From assembly GCF_006345805.1 (NCBI RefSeq), contig NC_043011.1:50790464-50854463 (forward strand): a stretch of 64,000 nt of DNA, in the 5' to 3' direction. Both the position numbers and the translations under genes were made by a program. Numbering within the stretch: position 1 is the first letter of the stretch; every line of letters starts with the position of its first letter. The stretch is from Octopus sinensis. Lineage: Eukaryota. Below the pieces are notes generated by a model. That model made no database searches. It saw only the letters and a list, made by a program, of their open reading frames with translations, and was not told the origin of the DNA. Shown here piece after piece: positions 13,301 through 27,234 of this stretch.

Positions 13301-14807
13301 AATCAACTGATCAATATAGATCAGCTAATAACAGACTTATTTATTGACCAATGTGGAGGTGGGAAGAGGGTTCCTTCTCTTTATCTCTAATTATTATTTT
13401 CATTCATGGGGAGTGAAGGTTGGGACTGGTTCCCTTTTACTAAGTAGACATTGCTTTGAAAACTGACTGGCAAAAGGAGACATTGGCTTTTAAATGCTTA
13501 GTGCAAATTTTTTTTTCTTTTCTTTTGAAAAACATTGTTTACCCTAAAGAGAAATCTTATATTTTAAATGTTTGAAATTATATAAATGTATTAAAACCTG
13601 CATTAAGTCTTTAAGGTAGAAACAAAGCTACTTAATGTTAAATGAATGTGTGTGTTAAAGCTGATAAGATTTAGGACTTTAATTACAATCATTTAAGGAA
13701 TCTTTGAATTGTACCCAAATATAGTTTATAATCATTATCATGGCTGGGTGGCCTAGAAGTTTGCCTTGCCTTGATTATATGACACTGTGGACAAGTGTTT
13801 AACCCTCTTGTTACCATATCTCAGTTAACATAAGTTGCCTTTGTTTCAGTTAATCTTTGAAATAATGTAGAATTTAGTAAAATAAAACTTTGTAATTATT
13901 AAGCTGGGGCCTGGAACAATTTAGCATAAAATTTTGATGGAAATTATAATCTAGACAACTTTAAAACAGTAAGTTTATGTCATAAAACCTGGGGCGGTCT
14001 TAAGCAGGCTGGTATCAAAAGGATTAATACTAATAATCTTGGGTTGAACTAAGTCCACTGTGAATGAAATTAGACTGGTGGGGGTCTATTGGATGGGCTG
14101 TATTTTTTCTTGAATGGTTTATCACCACCAATACTGACTGTTTTTTCAGTACCTTTAGCAGAGTCCATTGTGATGCAAACATTTCAACAATGTCTCTAGT
14201 CTGAGGGCAAACTATCAGGTACTATCTCATTGATATTTTGGTTATTTCACTACTTTTCCATCTGGATGACTGGTACAGCAGACAGTTTCTATTTTCATCT
14301 ATTCTATCAATGTCTTATCTTGGGGAATATCTCATCTTTATTTAAATAAAACAAAAATAGGAAAGGATAAGGACTTAGCTGGGTTCCTTCATATTGCAAT
14401 AATAAAGGTTACTGGAATTGGTAAAAAAAAAAAGAGTTCTGGAAATGGTAATGGTATTTAAATGTTTCAGAATCTGCTTTTTCTTAATGCATTGTTCAAC
14501 TGAAAGTAGATGCCATCCTGTTCACTTGATGTAAGAATCGTATCATCTGTCTGTAAAATGAAAATATTTGCTACAAGTGGTTTTTGGCAGATTATACTCT
14601 GATTTCAAATCCTGTTTAGGTCATCGTTAGTTTGTTCTCTTTTGAAGGAGTGGAGTGGGGCTCAATCAGATACAACAATTACCAATAATATGTAGACATT
14701 TGATACAGTCAACTTACATCTCTCTCATCTGTAATGTAATCATCCATTATTAACTCTAGATGAACAGAAGTAGTCCAGACATGACCAATTCAGATTATCT
14801 AAGACTA

Positions 14808-15175
14808 CATCATCGTTTAACGTCCGTTCTCCATGCTAGCATGGGTTGGGCGGTTCGACTGGGGATCTGGGAAGCCAGAAGGCTGCACCAGGCTCCAGTC
14901 TTATCTGGCAATGTTTCTACAGCTGGATGCCCTTCCTAACGCCAACCACTCCGTGAGTGTAGTGGGTGCTTTTTACGTGCCACCTGCACAGGTGCCAGGC
15001 GAGGCTGGCAACGGCCACGGTCGGATTGGTGTATTTTATGTGCCACCAGCACGGAAGCCAGTCGAAGCGGCGCTGGCATCGGCCACGAGTCGGATAGTGC
15101 TTTTTACGTACCACCAGACCAGGGATCTTGGCTGGTTCAATTCGATTTCGATTTCGCTTTCGCTTGCCCCAACAT
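14808..15175 (-). mobile_element. RTE 3' UTR fragment
   Basis: Near-identical to the 2910 copy. Confidence 0.85.
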
Positions 15176-15679
15176 TACATTATTCATTATTTCTTTAACC
15201 CATTAGCATTCAGATTACGCTGTCAAATGTATTGCTTATTCATTCATATTGTTTTTACTTAATCATGCATTATCTCATAGCTTAAATGATGTGATTGTAT
15301 CTATTTAGAATGACTTCGTATGGTAGGTGTGGGAGGCTAGATCTGACTGGTTTGAACATAAAACAGGTAGAATATTTTGGCTGGATATGCTAAATGCTAA
15401 AGGGTTAAAAGATAGTAGGGTATGATATGAGTGAAATTTGACTATTTATATCAGGTTGCATAAACACATTGAGAATCCCTTGTTGGCTAGAATATCATTT
15501 ATTTGTGTTTCCAGGTATATATAGCTTAGCAAAAGGACGTCTATTGATTTGCATTTAGTCGTTAGCATGGGGATTGCTTTGTTTTATTATGTGCATCTTT
15601 GTGTTTTGAGAATAAGAGAGAGAGAGGAAGCCTTGGTTTTTGCTAAATAATCAATACAAATTATTTCTTTTCTCCCTAG

Positions 15680-15924
15680 AAGAACCGGAAGTGAAATTAG
15701 AACCCATCAATGTAGATATAATTAATTTTAAAAGAGGGAGTGCCGTGAAGAAACCTACCTCTCACCCCAGCAGACCTGCACTGAAGAAAAGTGAATCTGA
15801 TGAACAAACTCCATCAAAAAATGAGGTGAAACTAAAGCGTTCACCTCGCATCAGTAAACCTTCAATCAAAAAGCTGGAGGCTGAAGAGGACAACAAGCTC
15901 TTCACGGAATACCAAAAGCAAATG
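15680..15924 (+). CDS. NSD2: NSD exon A (basic/Ser-rich linker, phase 1 to 0)
   Basis: Acceptor tctccctag, donor ATG|gtaagt; open frame EEPEVKLEP...KRSPRISKP...QKQM. Confidence 0.8.
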
Positions 15925-18900
15925 GTAAGTAAAGTATTCACCAACCTCTAAACATTATACATGCGCATGTGTACACACACAGATTTAAAACTGTTTAATC
16001 TGTAGATGTTTGTTTGTTAATAGAATCTGTAATGCATGTCTCTATGTGTATTGCTTGCATTGTTTCTTCAGTTAGGTGTAGTAACATCCTCAACTTTGTC
16101 TGCCGAGCTTCTTTCTATATCTGCCTTTTTTCTTTGGTATACAGCAACTGTCTTTCACCATCGGCTCTTCAAGTCTTCCATGGTGTACATTTATCATAGA
16201 TATTTTTCATCAACTCTGAACTCTTTGTGTTTTCTTACCTTTCTGCCTTCTGCTACTGCCTCTGCATCACTGATTCACTTATCTTACCCTTCAAAGCCTC
16301 AACATAGTCATCACTCTTCTACATATATTTCTGGATGTAGTCTTAGAATCACTGATAAATTCAGGAATTGATTAGATTTACAGCTTAGATGACATGACTA
16401 TTCAAAATCACACAAAAACTGTTAACTTAACATATGTTATTCCCACCTCATCTCCTCTTCTTTTGCCCACTTATTTCTGGGTGGGTTGTGGGCACAGAGT
16501 CCTCAAGCATGCCCTGTCAACAAATCACCATAGAACCATGTCCTTTCAAAGATGAGTGAAATGAAAATTCCCTTATTTGGGAAACAAGTTCAAGACAGTA
16601 AAGTCATCTACTTGAAAAACAATATGAACACTATTCCCTAACCCCTGCTAGAATGGGTTAAAAAAAAAAAAGTGAAATAAATGCCACATACGTGAACATA
16701 AGAGAGTAGCGAGCAGAAACAATTACCAACTTGATAAACGATTCTGCTTATCCCTTGTTCTCTACCTTATTAATATTCATCATCATCATCATCATCGTTT
16801 AGCGTCCGTTTTCCATGCTAGCATGGGTTGGACGGTTCTACTGGGGTCTGTGAAGCCAGAAGGCTTCATCAGGCCCAGTCAAATCTGGCAGTGTTTCTAC
16901 GGCTGGATGCCCTTCCTAATGCCAACCATTCCGTGAGTGTAGTGGGTGCTTTTTACGTGCCACCCGCACAGGTGCCAGACAGAGCTGGCAAACGGCCACG
17001 AACGGATGGTGCTTTTACATGTCACCGGCACGAGGGCCAGGCGAGGCTGGCAACGGACACGAACGGATGGTGCTTTTTACGTGCCACCGACACGAGGCCA
17101 GTCGGGGCGGCGCTGGCAACGGTCGCGAAACGGAAGGTTCTCTTACATGCCACCGGCACTGGTAACACATCTGCAATTCCATTGATCGGTTTCATTAATG
17201 ATTTATTTCTGTTGTCTCCTATATAGTTGCATTGATTGATATTTTAGCATCACATTTTGTATTTTCATTGTATTCTTCCTTTGAATTAGATACCAAGTTG
17301 CACCGTCTCCACTCCACCCCACTTCTACAATATAACCTAAAAGTGTAGGCATCTCAATAGTCAATATGTTTGGTTGTTAGTCTTCTCTGGAAAATTCGGT
17401 TAAGAAATTGGTAAATTTGGTTTTTAAACCCTTTAGCATTCAATGCTCATATATTCACTTCGGTTTGAATTAATTGTACATTATCTTGTAGTTTTAAGAT
17501 TTCAATGATGTGTTATTGGTGTGATTGTTTATATGGAGGTGATAAGTGACTGAGACCCTTGGTGATTTGCTGTGCTTGAGAAGACACGTCAAGCTAAGTG
17601 GAATCATGGTTGTGGCTAGAGCCTGTGACATGAAAGGCACTTGTGCCAGTGACATGCAAAGGGCACCCATGCTGGTGATATGTGAAAGGCACCCGTGCTG
17701 GCGACATGCAAAAGGCACATGTGCTGGTGACACGTAAATGGTACCTGTGCTGGTGACATGTTAAGGGCACCCATGCTGGTGATATGTAAAAGACGTCCAC
17801 TCCACTACACTCCATGGAGTGGTTGGCATTAAGAAGGGCACCCAGCTGTAGAAACGAAACCAAAACAGACTGGAGCCTGGTGCAGCTCTCTAACTTAGCA
17901 ATTCCAGTCAAACTGTCTAAGCTATGCCAGCATGGAAAACAAATACTAAATGACAATAATAATTGTAGGGTAGGTGTGAGAGGCTGGATGTGGCCAGTTT
18001 AAATGCTAAAGGGTTAAAGAGAAGATCCATGACCTTCTTGCCAGCAATCTATCTTTTGGTTGCCTGTGTTATTGGTTAGAGCAGCATATGTTTGGTATTT
18101 AGGTTTCTCCATGTTCTAGGTCTGAACCTCACTGAGGTCAGCTGTTTGTCTGTCATCCTTCTGGGATGGGATTGATGAAGCATGTGCCAGTGAAGTAATG
18201 GTGGAGCTCAATATATAATCAGCTGTACACTCTCCTTCCTCAAAAATGTTTTTGGTCTTGTACCTAGCTTAAGTATTTTATAGCACAGTTAGTGATCGAT
18301 GGCGTTATTGGTTACAAGTTTCTAATGGGTTAATCACTAAGTTTATTGTATTTCTGACAGTGACAAGGGATTGCTAGATTTGATGCAGAACAAACATCTC
18401 CAGGGGCTTGGAGAGGATTGTTTTTTTTTTTTTTTTTTAAACATTTCCTCATCGATGTTTATATCTTTTGCTGATATCAAATCAGCAGATGACATATACA
18501 CACACAAAAACACACATGTTGGGCCTCTGACACACACACACACACTCTCTCTCTCTCTCTCATATATATTTATATATTGGGCCTTTGCTTAGTTTCTGTC
18601 TAGCAAATTCTACTCGCAAGGTGAATCCCTGGCACTACTTAGTTAGAATTGAACCTGGGACCTTGTTGTTCAGGATGATTCTTCATAACCATACAACCAT
18701 GCCAGTGCTATCTTATGATTATTTTTTTGTTAAGTTTGTGAAATTTTAACAATTACTTAATTTCCAAAACTTAGATTCTTTTTCCAAACTTGGCTTTGTT
18801 TTCTTCCCTTATTTTCTTTCTTTTCCAAACTTATATCTTCTTTTTTTCATCAAGGAAACTAAAAATACGAAGCATACCTCCCCATGAAAAATTAAACTCC

Positions 18901-21900
18901 TTGCTTAAAACTATAATAATTTTTCTAGTTCCAATGTGTTCTTTCTCACCTCTTTTTCTTCTCCTTCTTCCATAGATGTCTGGCAGTATAATGGATAATG
19001 ACCAAACTCAAGACCAAATTGCTCTCCATATAGGAGCCTCGACAGCTCATTGTCCATCGGCAGCTGTCGGAAGACGCAGCTGTACTGTCGCTATAGACAA
19101 CCGGACAAACAATATACTTAATGTAACTCCACCATCTTCAGCTGTGAGTGAACTATAAAACTTGACAACTTTCCTTTAGCTAAAAACCTTTCTTCCTTTG
19201 TCCAGCAATTTCTTTTAAGGTTCTTGGAAAAGGTTTGATATGACAAGCTTTTCCTACTGCTGGTCATGGTGACTGTAACTTCAGTCTGCCACACACACAC
19301 ATTAGATATTTATGGCATTTTGAAAGAGAGCGAGATAGAAAAAAAAAAAACAAAACCCAACCCTAAAATCATGATCAGACAGTTTCTGTCTAATTCATAT
19401 CGTGTGTTGGGTTTGGTAGCTTTTGAATCGCTCTGCCAGAATATTGGCTATTCTTGCCTATGAAGTGTGACCTCATCCCTAACTTAGCACTTGAAATAGG
19501 AGCAGCAGAGATTGACACCTGATGTACTTGTAGATGAGGCCAGCTCAGATTATATATATATATATTCCTTAATTTAACTATTTTGATACCAACCCACTCA
19601 AAACCACCCTTGGTTCTATGATACAAGTTTTCTATTTTAAAGTGATCTAAATTATAATCTTCTATCAAAATTTCACGTTAATTTATGTTGCAATCACCAG
19701 CTTAATAAGAACAGAGTTATTATTTAAGCAAAATTAATTTAAGCAAAAGCAGTGTATTTCAAGAGAAATGTAGTAATGAAAAAGTAAAAGCCCATTTTCC
19801 AAACTAGCTCAGGTTTGGACAGGGAGTTAGTTGCTGCAGGATTTTTATATGGTCAGATGTTTTCCCTGTTGCCAACCCATAGCTGTTTTCAGGTAAGGGA
19901 TTTTCTTTATTTCACAGGCCTTCAGAAGTACAGAGCAATCAATCATAACATCAACAAAGAATGCCAACATTGTCACCACTTCACTCAAATGGTGATGTAG
20001 AAAGCATTTACCTAAGTTACTGTACAGTAGGACTGAAATTTCTTAACAGCCAAGCCCCTGCATGTATAATATATCATCATCATCATCATTGTTTAACATC
20101 TGCTTTCCATGTTGGCATGGATTGGATGGTTTGACGTGGAGTTGGCTAGCAGGGAGCTGTCCAAACTCCAGCTGTCTGTTGAGGCATGGTTTCTACAGGT
20201 GGATGCCCTTCCTTACGCCAACAACTTAACAGTGTGTGCTGGGTTCGTTTTATGTGCCACCGGCATGGGTGTGCTAACACAGCACTGGCACAAGTGCTTT
20301 TTAAGTGGCACCAGCACCTGAAAGAACAAGCCTGTATGTGTGGAAGACAGTGATTTTACTTAGCTTGACTCGTCTTATCAAGTACAGCAAATCACCACAT
20401 CTCCTGGTGCTTTGTCATTTCCTTAGTGAGGCCCAGCATTCAAAGACCCTTTCTCACCGCTTTGTTCTATGTTTTACTGGGTCTACCCCTTCCACAGGCA
20501 CCCTCCACAATTGGAGCTAGGTGTGGATGTGTGATAAGAAGTTTGCTTCCTAACCATATAGCACGGTTCAATCCCACCATGGGTCACCTTGGGCAAGTGT
20601 CTTCTACTCTAGCCTTGGGCAAAGGTGATTTGGTAGATAAAAACTGAAAGAAGCCCGTTGTGTGTGTGTGTGTGTTACTGTTTCCTTGTCTTGACATCAT
20701 GTGGTAGTGGTAAATGAGTGTCACCATCATGCAAATAGTGTCCTTCATTTCCAATATTCTGTAAAAAGATGTCTGGCCATGGGGATGTGTTACTTTACTT
20801 GGGAAAGGTTGGCAACAGGAACGATATCTAGGCATGGAAAATCCACCCTAACAAATTCCCTTCTATCCATGCAAGCATGGAAATGTGGGTGATAAAACAA
20901 TACCTCCACACACACACACAATATACATACATATATACACTTACACATATAGATATACTTATGTGCACGCGCACACACACACACACACACACAAACACAA
21001 ACACAAGTCTTGCTGAGCTAAAGAATTAACCCTTTAGTGTTCAGATTATTCTATCAAACATAATGCTTATTGATTCCCATTGATTTGAATTAATCATGCA
21101 TTGTCTCATATCTTCAAGATGTTGATGGTGTAATTACTTAATATAGAATAACATTGTAGGGTAGGTGCGAGAGCCTGGATCTGGTCAGTTTGAACATAAA
21201 ACAGATTAACTATTTTGGCCGGATATGGCCGGTTTAAATACTAAAGGGTTAATATTGTCATTTCTCCTGACAAGAAATCACCTGCTGGGTTTGCATCTTT
21301 GAAAATGTGTAGTTAAAAAGAGAATTGAATGAAGAGCAGCTGGGTATAAAATAATGCCTCAACAACATATTTATGTAGTCCATGCGAGTATGGAAAAATT
21401 AGCAAAATCCTCATCATCGTTTAACGTCCAGTTTCCATGCTGGCATGGGTTGGACGGTTTGACTGAGGACTGGCAAGCCAGGAGGCTGCACCAGGCTCCA
21501 ATCTGATCTGGCAAGGTTTCTACAGCTGGATGCCCTTCCTAATGCCAACCACTCCAAGAGTGTAGTGGGTGTTTTTTACATGCCACTGGCATGGGGGCTA
21601 GTCAGGTGGCACTGGTACTGAACATGCTCGAATGGTGCTTTTTACATGCCACTGACATGAGGGCTAGTCAGGTGGCACTGGTACTGAACATGCTAGAATG
21701 GTGCTTTTTACATGCCTCTGGCACGGATGCCAGTCAGGTGGCACTGGCATCAGCCACGACTATGATTTAATATTTACACTCTGTTATTAGCTTAACTTTC
21801 TTATTGGTTTTGTTAACCATAATTTTTACTTAACCCTTTAGCATTCAAACTGATGATATCTGGCCCAAATATTCTACCTGTTTTATGTTCAAAATGGCCA

Positions 21901-24900
21901 GATCTGGCCTCTCACACCAACACTACAATGTCATTCTAAAAATAATCAAATCAGCAAAATCTCAAAAACTAAAAATAAAGGGATGTGGATAAATATGCTT
22001 TTGATTTGACAGAATAATTGAAATGTTTGAGGGTTTAACAACTTGTCTGAACTCCATCTACATCATTAGTTAACGTACATTCTCACAAGGAGCCTTTATG
22101 TGGTGCTTTACCTGCAGGAAAATCAGTCCCTACTGTCTTGGAGAATGAACCAATACAATAAACAAAGCAAGATTGTGTTTGATCATAGGTGTACTTGATC
22201 AAGGCTGATTTGGGGCTAAATTCTAACAATAATACAATACAGTGCTTATCTCTTTAAACTACCCCGCCCCACTCACTGACAACTCAATACACTGTTTCAA
22301 GTTTCATTTAACTTACGAAAAAAATTTGGCGGAATTTAATAGAATACCTTAATTATAATTCATTACAATTTATCCAGTATTTGACTACATAACTTGGGGA
22401 ATTTCTAATTTAAATATGAACAAACACTTTAAAATGGTCTGTTCCAATTTTAAAATGGTCAATTTTAGTTTTGTTAGACCAAGGGTGGTTTCAGGTGGGT
22501 TTGTTTTAAAAGGGGTAAATTACACTATATTTGTTTTTCAGCTAAGTGCCCCCAGTCCTGGAACATAATCCAAATGATCTTGTTTATCTGAAACCTTCAC
22601 CTCTTCCTTTTTATTTATCTATTTATTTGATATTTATACATCTATACTTTGGCATGGGCATGGCTCTGTGGTTATGCAGTTTGCCTTGCACTTACTTGGT
22701 TCAGGGCTTGATTCCATTGCATCATTCAGTATGATTGAATGAAACTGTTGACTGGTGTGTCGCAGCATGGTGACTATACATTGACTGAAACCATAAAAGT
22801 ATGTGTGTGTGTGTGTGTGTGCTTGTGTGTGTATGCATATTGGGAACAGTCATGTTTGTGTGAATGTGTATATATATATATATATCATCATTTAGCATCT
22901 GCCTTTTATGCAATGTATGAATGTATATAAACACACACACGTGCACATATATACATATATCATTATCATCATTTAACACCTGCTTTCCAGTTAATGTGGA
23001 GAAATATTGTTATCAAGTGGGAGCATTGTACAAAAATTTGCAGAAAAAACTCGCATCGTTGGTCAGTCTTAAAGGGCTGTTGGTCTTACAGGACAATGTA
23101 AGACGACATAGCATTCTAGTCATTCTGGTAAAGATTATAGCACTGAATATGAAAGTTTTACCTCATCCTACATATTCTCTTGGCTTTGCTCCATCTGCTC
23201 ACCATCTTTTCAGATCACTATAACATTATTTAGAGGGAAAAGAGTTTAATTGTGACAAGATTAAAAATGATAATTAGTGTTTCTTAGATGAAATTTTGTT
23301 ATCAATAATTAAAGGAAATATCAGGGTTAAATATATACCACTTAAACCAAAGAAGCATTGCGTTTGTCTTATTCTCTTATTGAAATGTGAAAAGACTTCC
23401 TTGCCAACTTAAAATATAACATATATATATATATGTCAGTACATAGACATTGCTCAGTGGTTAGAGCGTCGAGTTTACGATCGAGGTTCTGAGTTCGAAT
23501 CCCAGACCCGAGCTGCGTGTTGTGCTCTTGAGCAAGACACTTTATTTCACGTTGCTCCAGTTCACTCAGCTGTAGAAATGAGTTGCAACGCCGCAGGTGC
23601 CAAGCTGTTTCGGCTTTTGCCTTTCCCTTGGATAACACTGGTGGCGTGGAGAGGGGACGCCGGTATGCATGCACGACTGCTGGTCTTCCATAAACAACCT
23701 TGCCTGGACTTGTGCCTGGGAGGGTAACTATCTAGGTGCAATCCCATGGTCAGTCATGACAGAAGGGGGTCTCAGTAGCTCAGCTCAACATAGACAATGT
23801 GCTTTTTGTGGTTATAAGAGTCTTTGACTCTTGTTTCTAGCAATGTAGATGCTGCCCTGCACCCTCAATCACTATTAGTGACTATTGAATTTTTTCTTTT
23901 TGGTTTTATATTGTGTCTAGCCACTTTCGATATTTTATAATTTTCACTTTACCATTTTGCTGAATCATCCATTGATTCATGTGGTAAATACTATATCCTG
24001 ACAGGTAGGATTTAGCTTAGCCATGGAGTAGTCACTACTGCTGAGCTTTAATTCCAAGTGAAACTAGCTTGCTAGTATAGTGACCTTGCTCCCTGTAGGG
24101 CAGTTATTCCCCCTGTCAGTACAAAGACAGTGTGCTTTTTGTGGCTATATGGGTCTTTGACTCTTGTTTCTAGCAAGTAGTTGCTACTCTGCACACCCAG
24201 TCTCTAAGTGACAATTGAATTTTTCCTTTTTGGTTTTATATTGCGTCTAGCCGCCTTTATTATTATAGTAGTAGTAGTAGTAGCAGTAGTAGCAGCAGCA
24301 GCAATAGTAATATATATGAAATCATCATTGTCATTTAATGCCCATTTTCCATGCTGGTATGGGTTGGATGGTTTGTCAGGAGTTGGCAAGTGAGAGGACT
24401 GTGCCAGGCTTTGCTGTCTACTTTAACATGTTTTCTGCAGCTGGATGTTCTTCCTAATTCCAGCCACTTCACCATGTGTACTGGATGCTTTTTTTGTGGC
24501 CCTGGCACCAGCCAGGTGCTCATCAAGTAATTTGCGGGACAAGATCCCTCAACTGAGGGAGGGAGTAGTATTGAGGAAGGTGACTCTGTGTTAGGTGATG
24601 AGTGGTTAGAGTATGATAGAATGTCTGAAACAGGTATCTTGCAGTATAGGAGATAGATAGTTCCCCTGTTTGGAAAAAAGAGAGAGTGAGAGAAAAGTGG
24701 AGGGAGACAGAGATGGTGAACAAAATGTATTGGGGTGTACTTTCAAGTTACAGAGAGGTTATATATTTGCATAGTATAGTGAAGGTGCGTGGCTTAGTGG
24801 TTAGGGCATTCGGCTCACGATTGTAAGGTTGTGAGTTCAATTCCCAGCAACATGTTGTGTCCTTGAGCAAGACACTTTATTTCACATTGCTCCAGTCCAC

Positions 24901-26165
24901 TCAGCTGGCAAAAATGAGTTGTACCTGTATTTCAAAGGGCCAGCATTGTCACACTCTGTGTCATGCTGAATCTCCCTGAGAACTACATCAAGGGTACGCG
25001 TGTCTGTGCATTGCTCAGTCACTTACATGTTAATTTCATGAGCAAGCTGTTCCGTTGATCGTATCAGCTGGGACCCTTGTTGTAACCGACGGAGTGCTCC
25101 CTATAGTACCTGTCAGAAGCAATATGATTGAAATCTCCTTTCAATAACAATTTCTTTTCCAAACCTTTTGTCTCCATTTTTCTTTTGTGTAGTAATTTCA
25201 ATTTGTCTTTCTACTTCAAACCTTTGCTTCTCTCTCTTCTTGCGTTTTTGTTGTTGTTTTATAGCTCTTGCCTCCAATTCACATTCAACTGTAACTTGTG
25301 ATTATCTTCATCTTTCTTGTTGCTCAGTGTCAAGCTGTTTCTTTGTGACTGGGCATTTCTTCATCCGCTTGACTCACAATGATTTCTTGAATATATGGAA
25401 AAACTATCTGTTCACTTCCTTATCCTTATGCTTCCTCACTCCTCACTCTCCATTATTCTCACCAGCTCATGAACGTCTTTATTATTTTTCTCTCTCTATT
25501 CTACCTTTCTCTTTCAATAGTTTCTTTCTTGATCTCCATTAAAATCTGCTTCCAGCTCTTCCCTTCATTTCCCAGCATTTTCTCACCCAACTTTGATATC
25601 TATACATGAGTCTCTCTTGTGCTCTCTAATATCCACTTATTTCTCTCACTTTCTGTGCCTCTCATTCTATCTCATTACCTGTCTGATTATCCTTCTTTAC
25701 TGTAGAGCTCTTTATTTCCAACCCTCACACTGTCTCACTTACACTGTTCTTTCCTCTCTCTCTTTGTTCCCATTCTTGACTATATTTCACTGTCTACTCA
25801 CATGACTCCCTATCTCACTTGCTGCTTAACTATTGGCTATTTCTGTCTGCCTCTCTCTCTGTCAATCTCTCATCAATCTAATTCACTACTTCTTGTTAAA
25901 TTTTCTCTCTCCACTGCCATCTCATTCTCTATTCCTATAGACTGACAAAAAGAAGAAAATCCAGTAAACAAAACAGCAACACAACTGAGGTTTTATAATA
26001 TTGATCTGTGCACTTGCATGTGTGCATTGTGAACAGACACATTTATGTTTGAATATGTGTGTGCAATATGCATTTCTGGGTAAAGCACTATTTTTGTGTT
26101 GGTATCTCTGTTGTATTGTATGGGCTCCATGCTGCATTCTGAGATGCACGCGCACACACACACAT

Positions 26166-26198
<33 letters not shown>

Positions 26199-26477
26199 GG
26201 AGTAAACACATAAATGTGAAGCAAGGTGGAAAAAAGAGTACTCAAATACCAGTGGTAGAGTAATATGCTTTATTTTAAGCAGCAGAAAATTCAACAAAAT
26301 CTGTTACTCTGAGTTTCTCGTTGCCGTTCATCAGACAGTTTTTGCTAGAATGGAACCGATATATCAATTCAATTCAATTGATATATCGGTTCCATTCTAG
26401 CAAAAACTGTCTGATGAACGGCAACGAGAAACTCAGAGTAACAGATTTTGTTGAATTTTCTGCTGCTTAAAATAAAG

Positions 26478-26513
<36 letters not shown>

Positions 26514-27202
26514 AATATTTTATAATTATAATCAGGAGTCAGCTAACTGCTTCACCATGCACCAAATTTAGAAATAGCAGTTAAAATACATTTTCCACTC
26601 CCATAAATATCTCCCAGACCATAACACACTTTTTTTACGTAGGTAAAGAGAAAAAAATAACGAATCCACACGACTTAGATTAGCCACATACGCATTTCTG
26701 GATTAAAGTAAAGTTATAATTACTTACTTACTTCACCTCATCAGTGTAGCATTTCAAATATAAATTTGAGGGTGCTAGAATTAAATATGTATGCGATGAA
26801 GCATCATCGCATAACTGATATTTAACCAGCACTTCCAAAAATATTTACAGCCCAAATGAGAATACATATTTATCCTCAAAAGTTACTTTAATCCCAAAAC
26901 ACGTATGTTGCTAATCTAAGTCGTGTGTATTCGTTATTTTTTTTCTCTTTACCTACGTAAAAAAAGTGTGTTATGTGGTCTGAGAGATATTTATGGTAGT
27001 GGAAAAAGTATTTTAACTGCTATTTCTAAATTTGGTGCGTGGTGAAGCAATTAGCTGACCCTCTGATTATAATTATACTTATAATTATAGAATATTTGAA
27101 TAATGTTACCCTAAAGGGTTATTTTAACGTACTGGACTACTTGGTAAAATTAATAATTATTAATTAATTGATTTTACCCTTTTATTATTATTGGTATATA
27201 TA

Positions 27203-27234
<32 letters not shown>

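Noticed and set aside
23452-23510. tRNA-like sequences (also at 24782, 37073, 53194 and 57904)
   Set aside because: They are SINE heads: no complete cloverleaf, and they continue into SINE bodies
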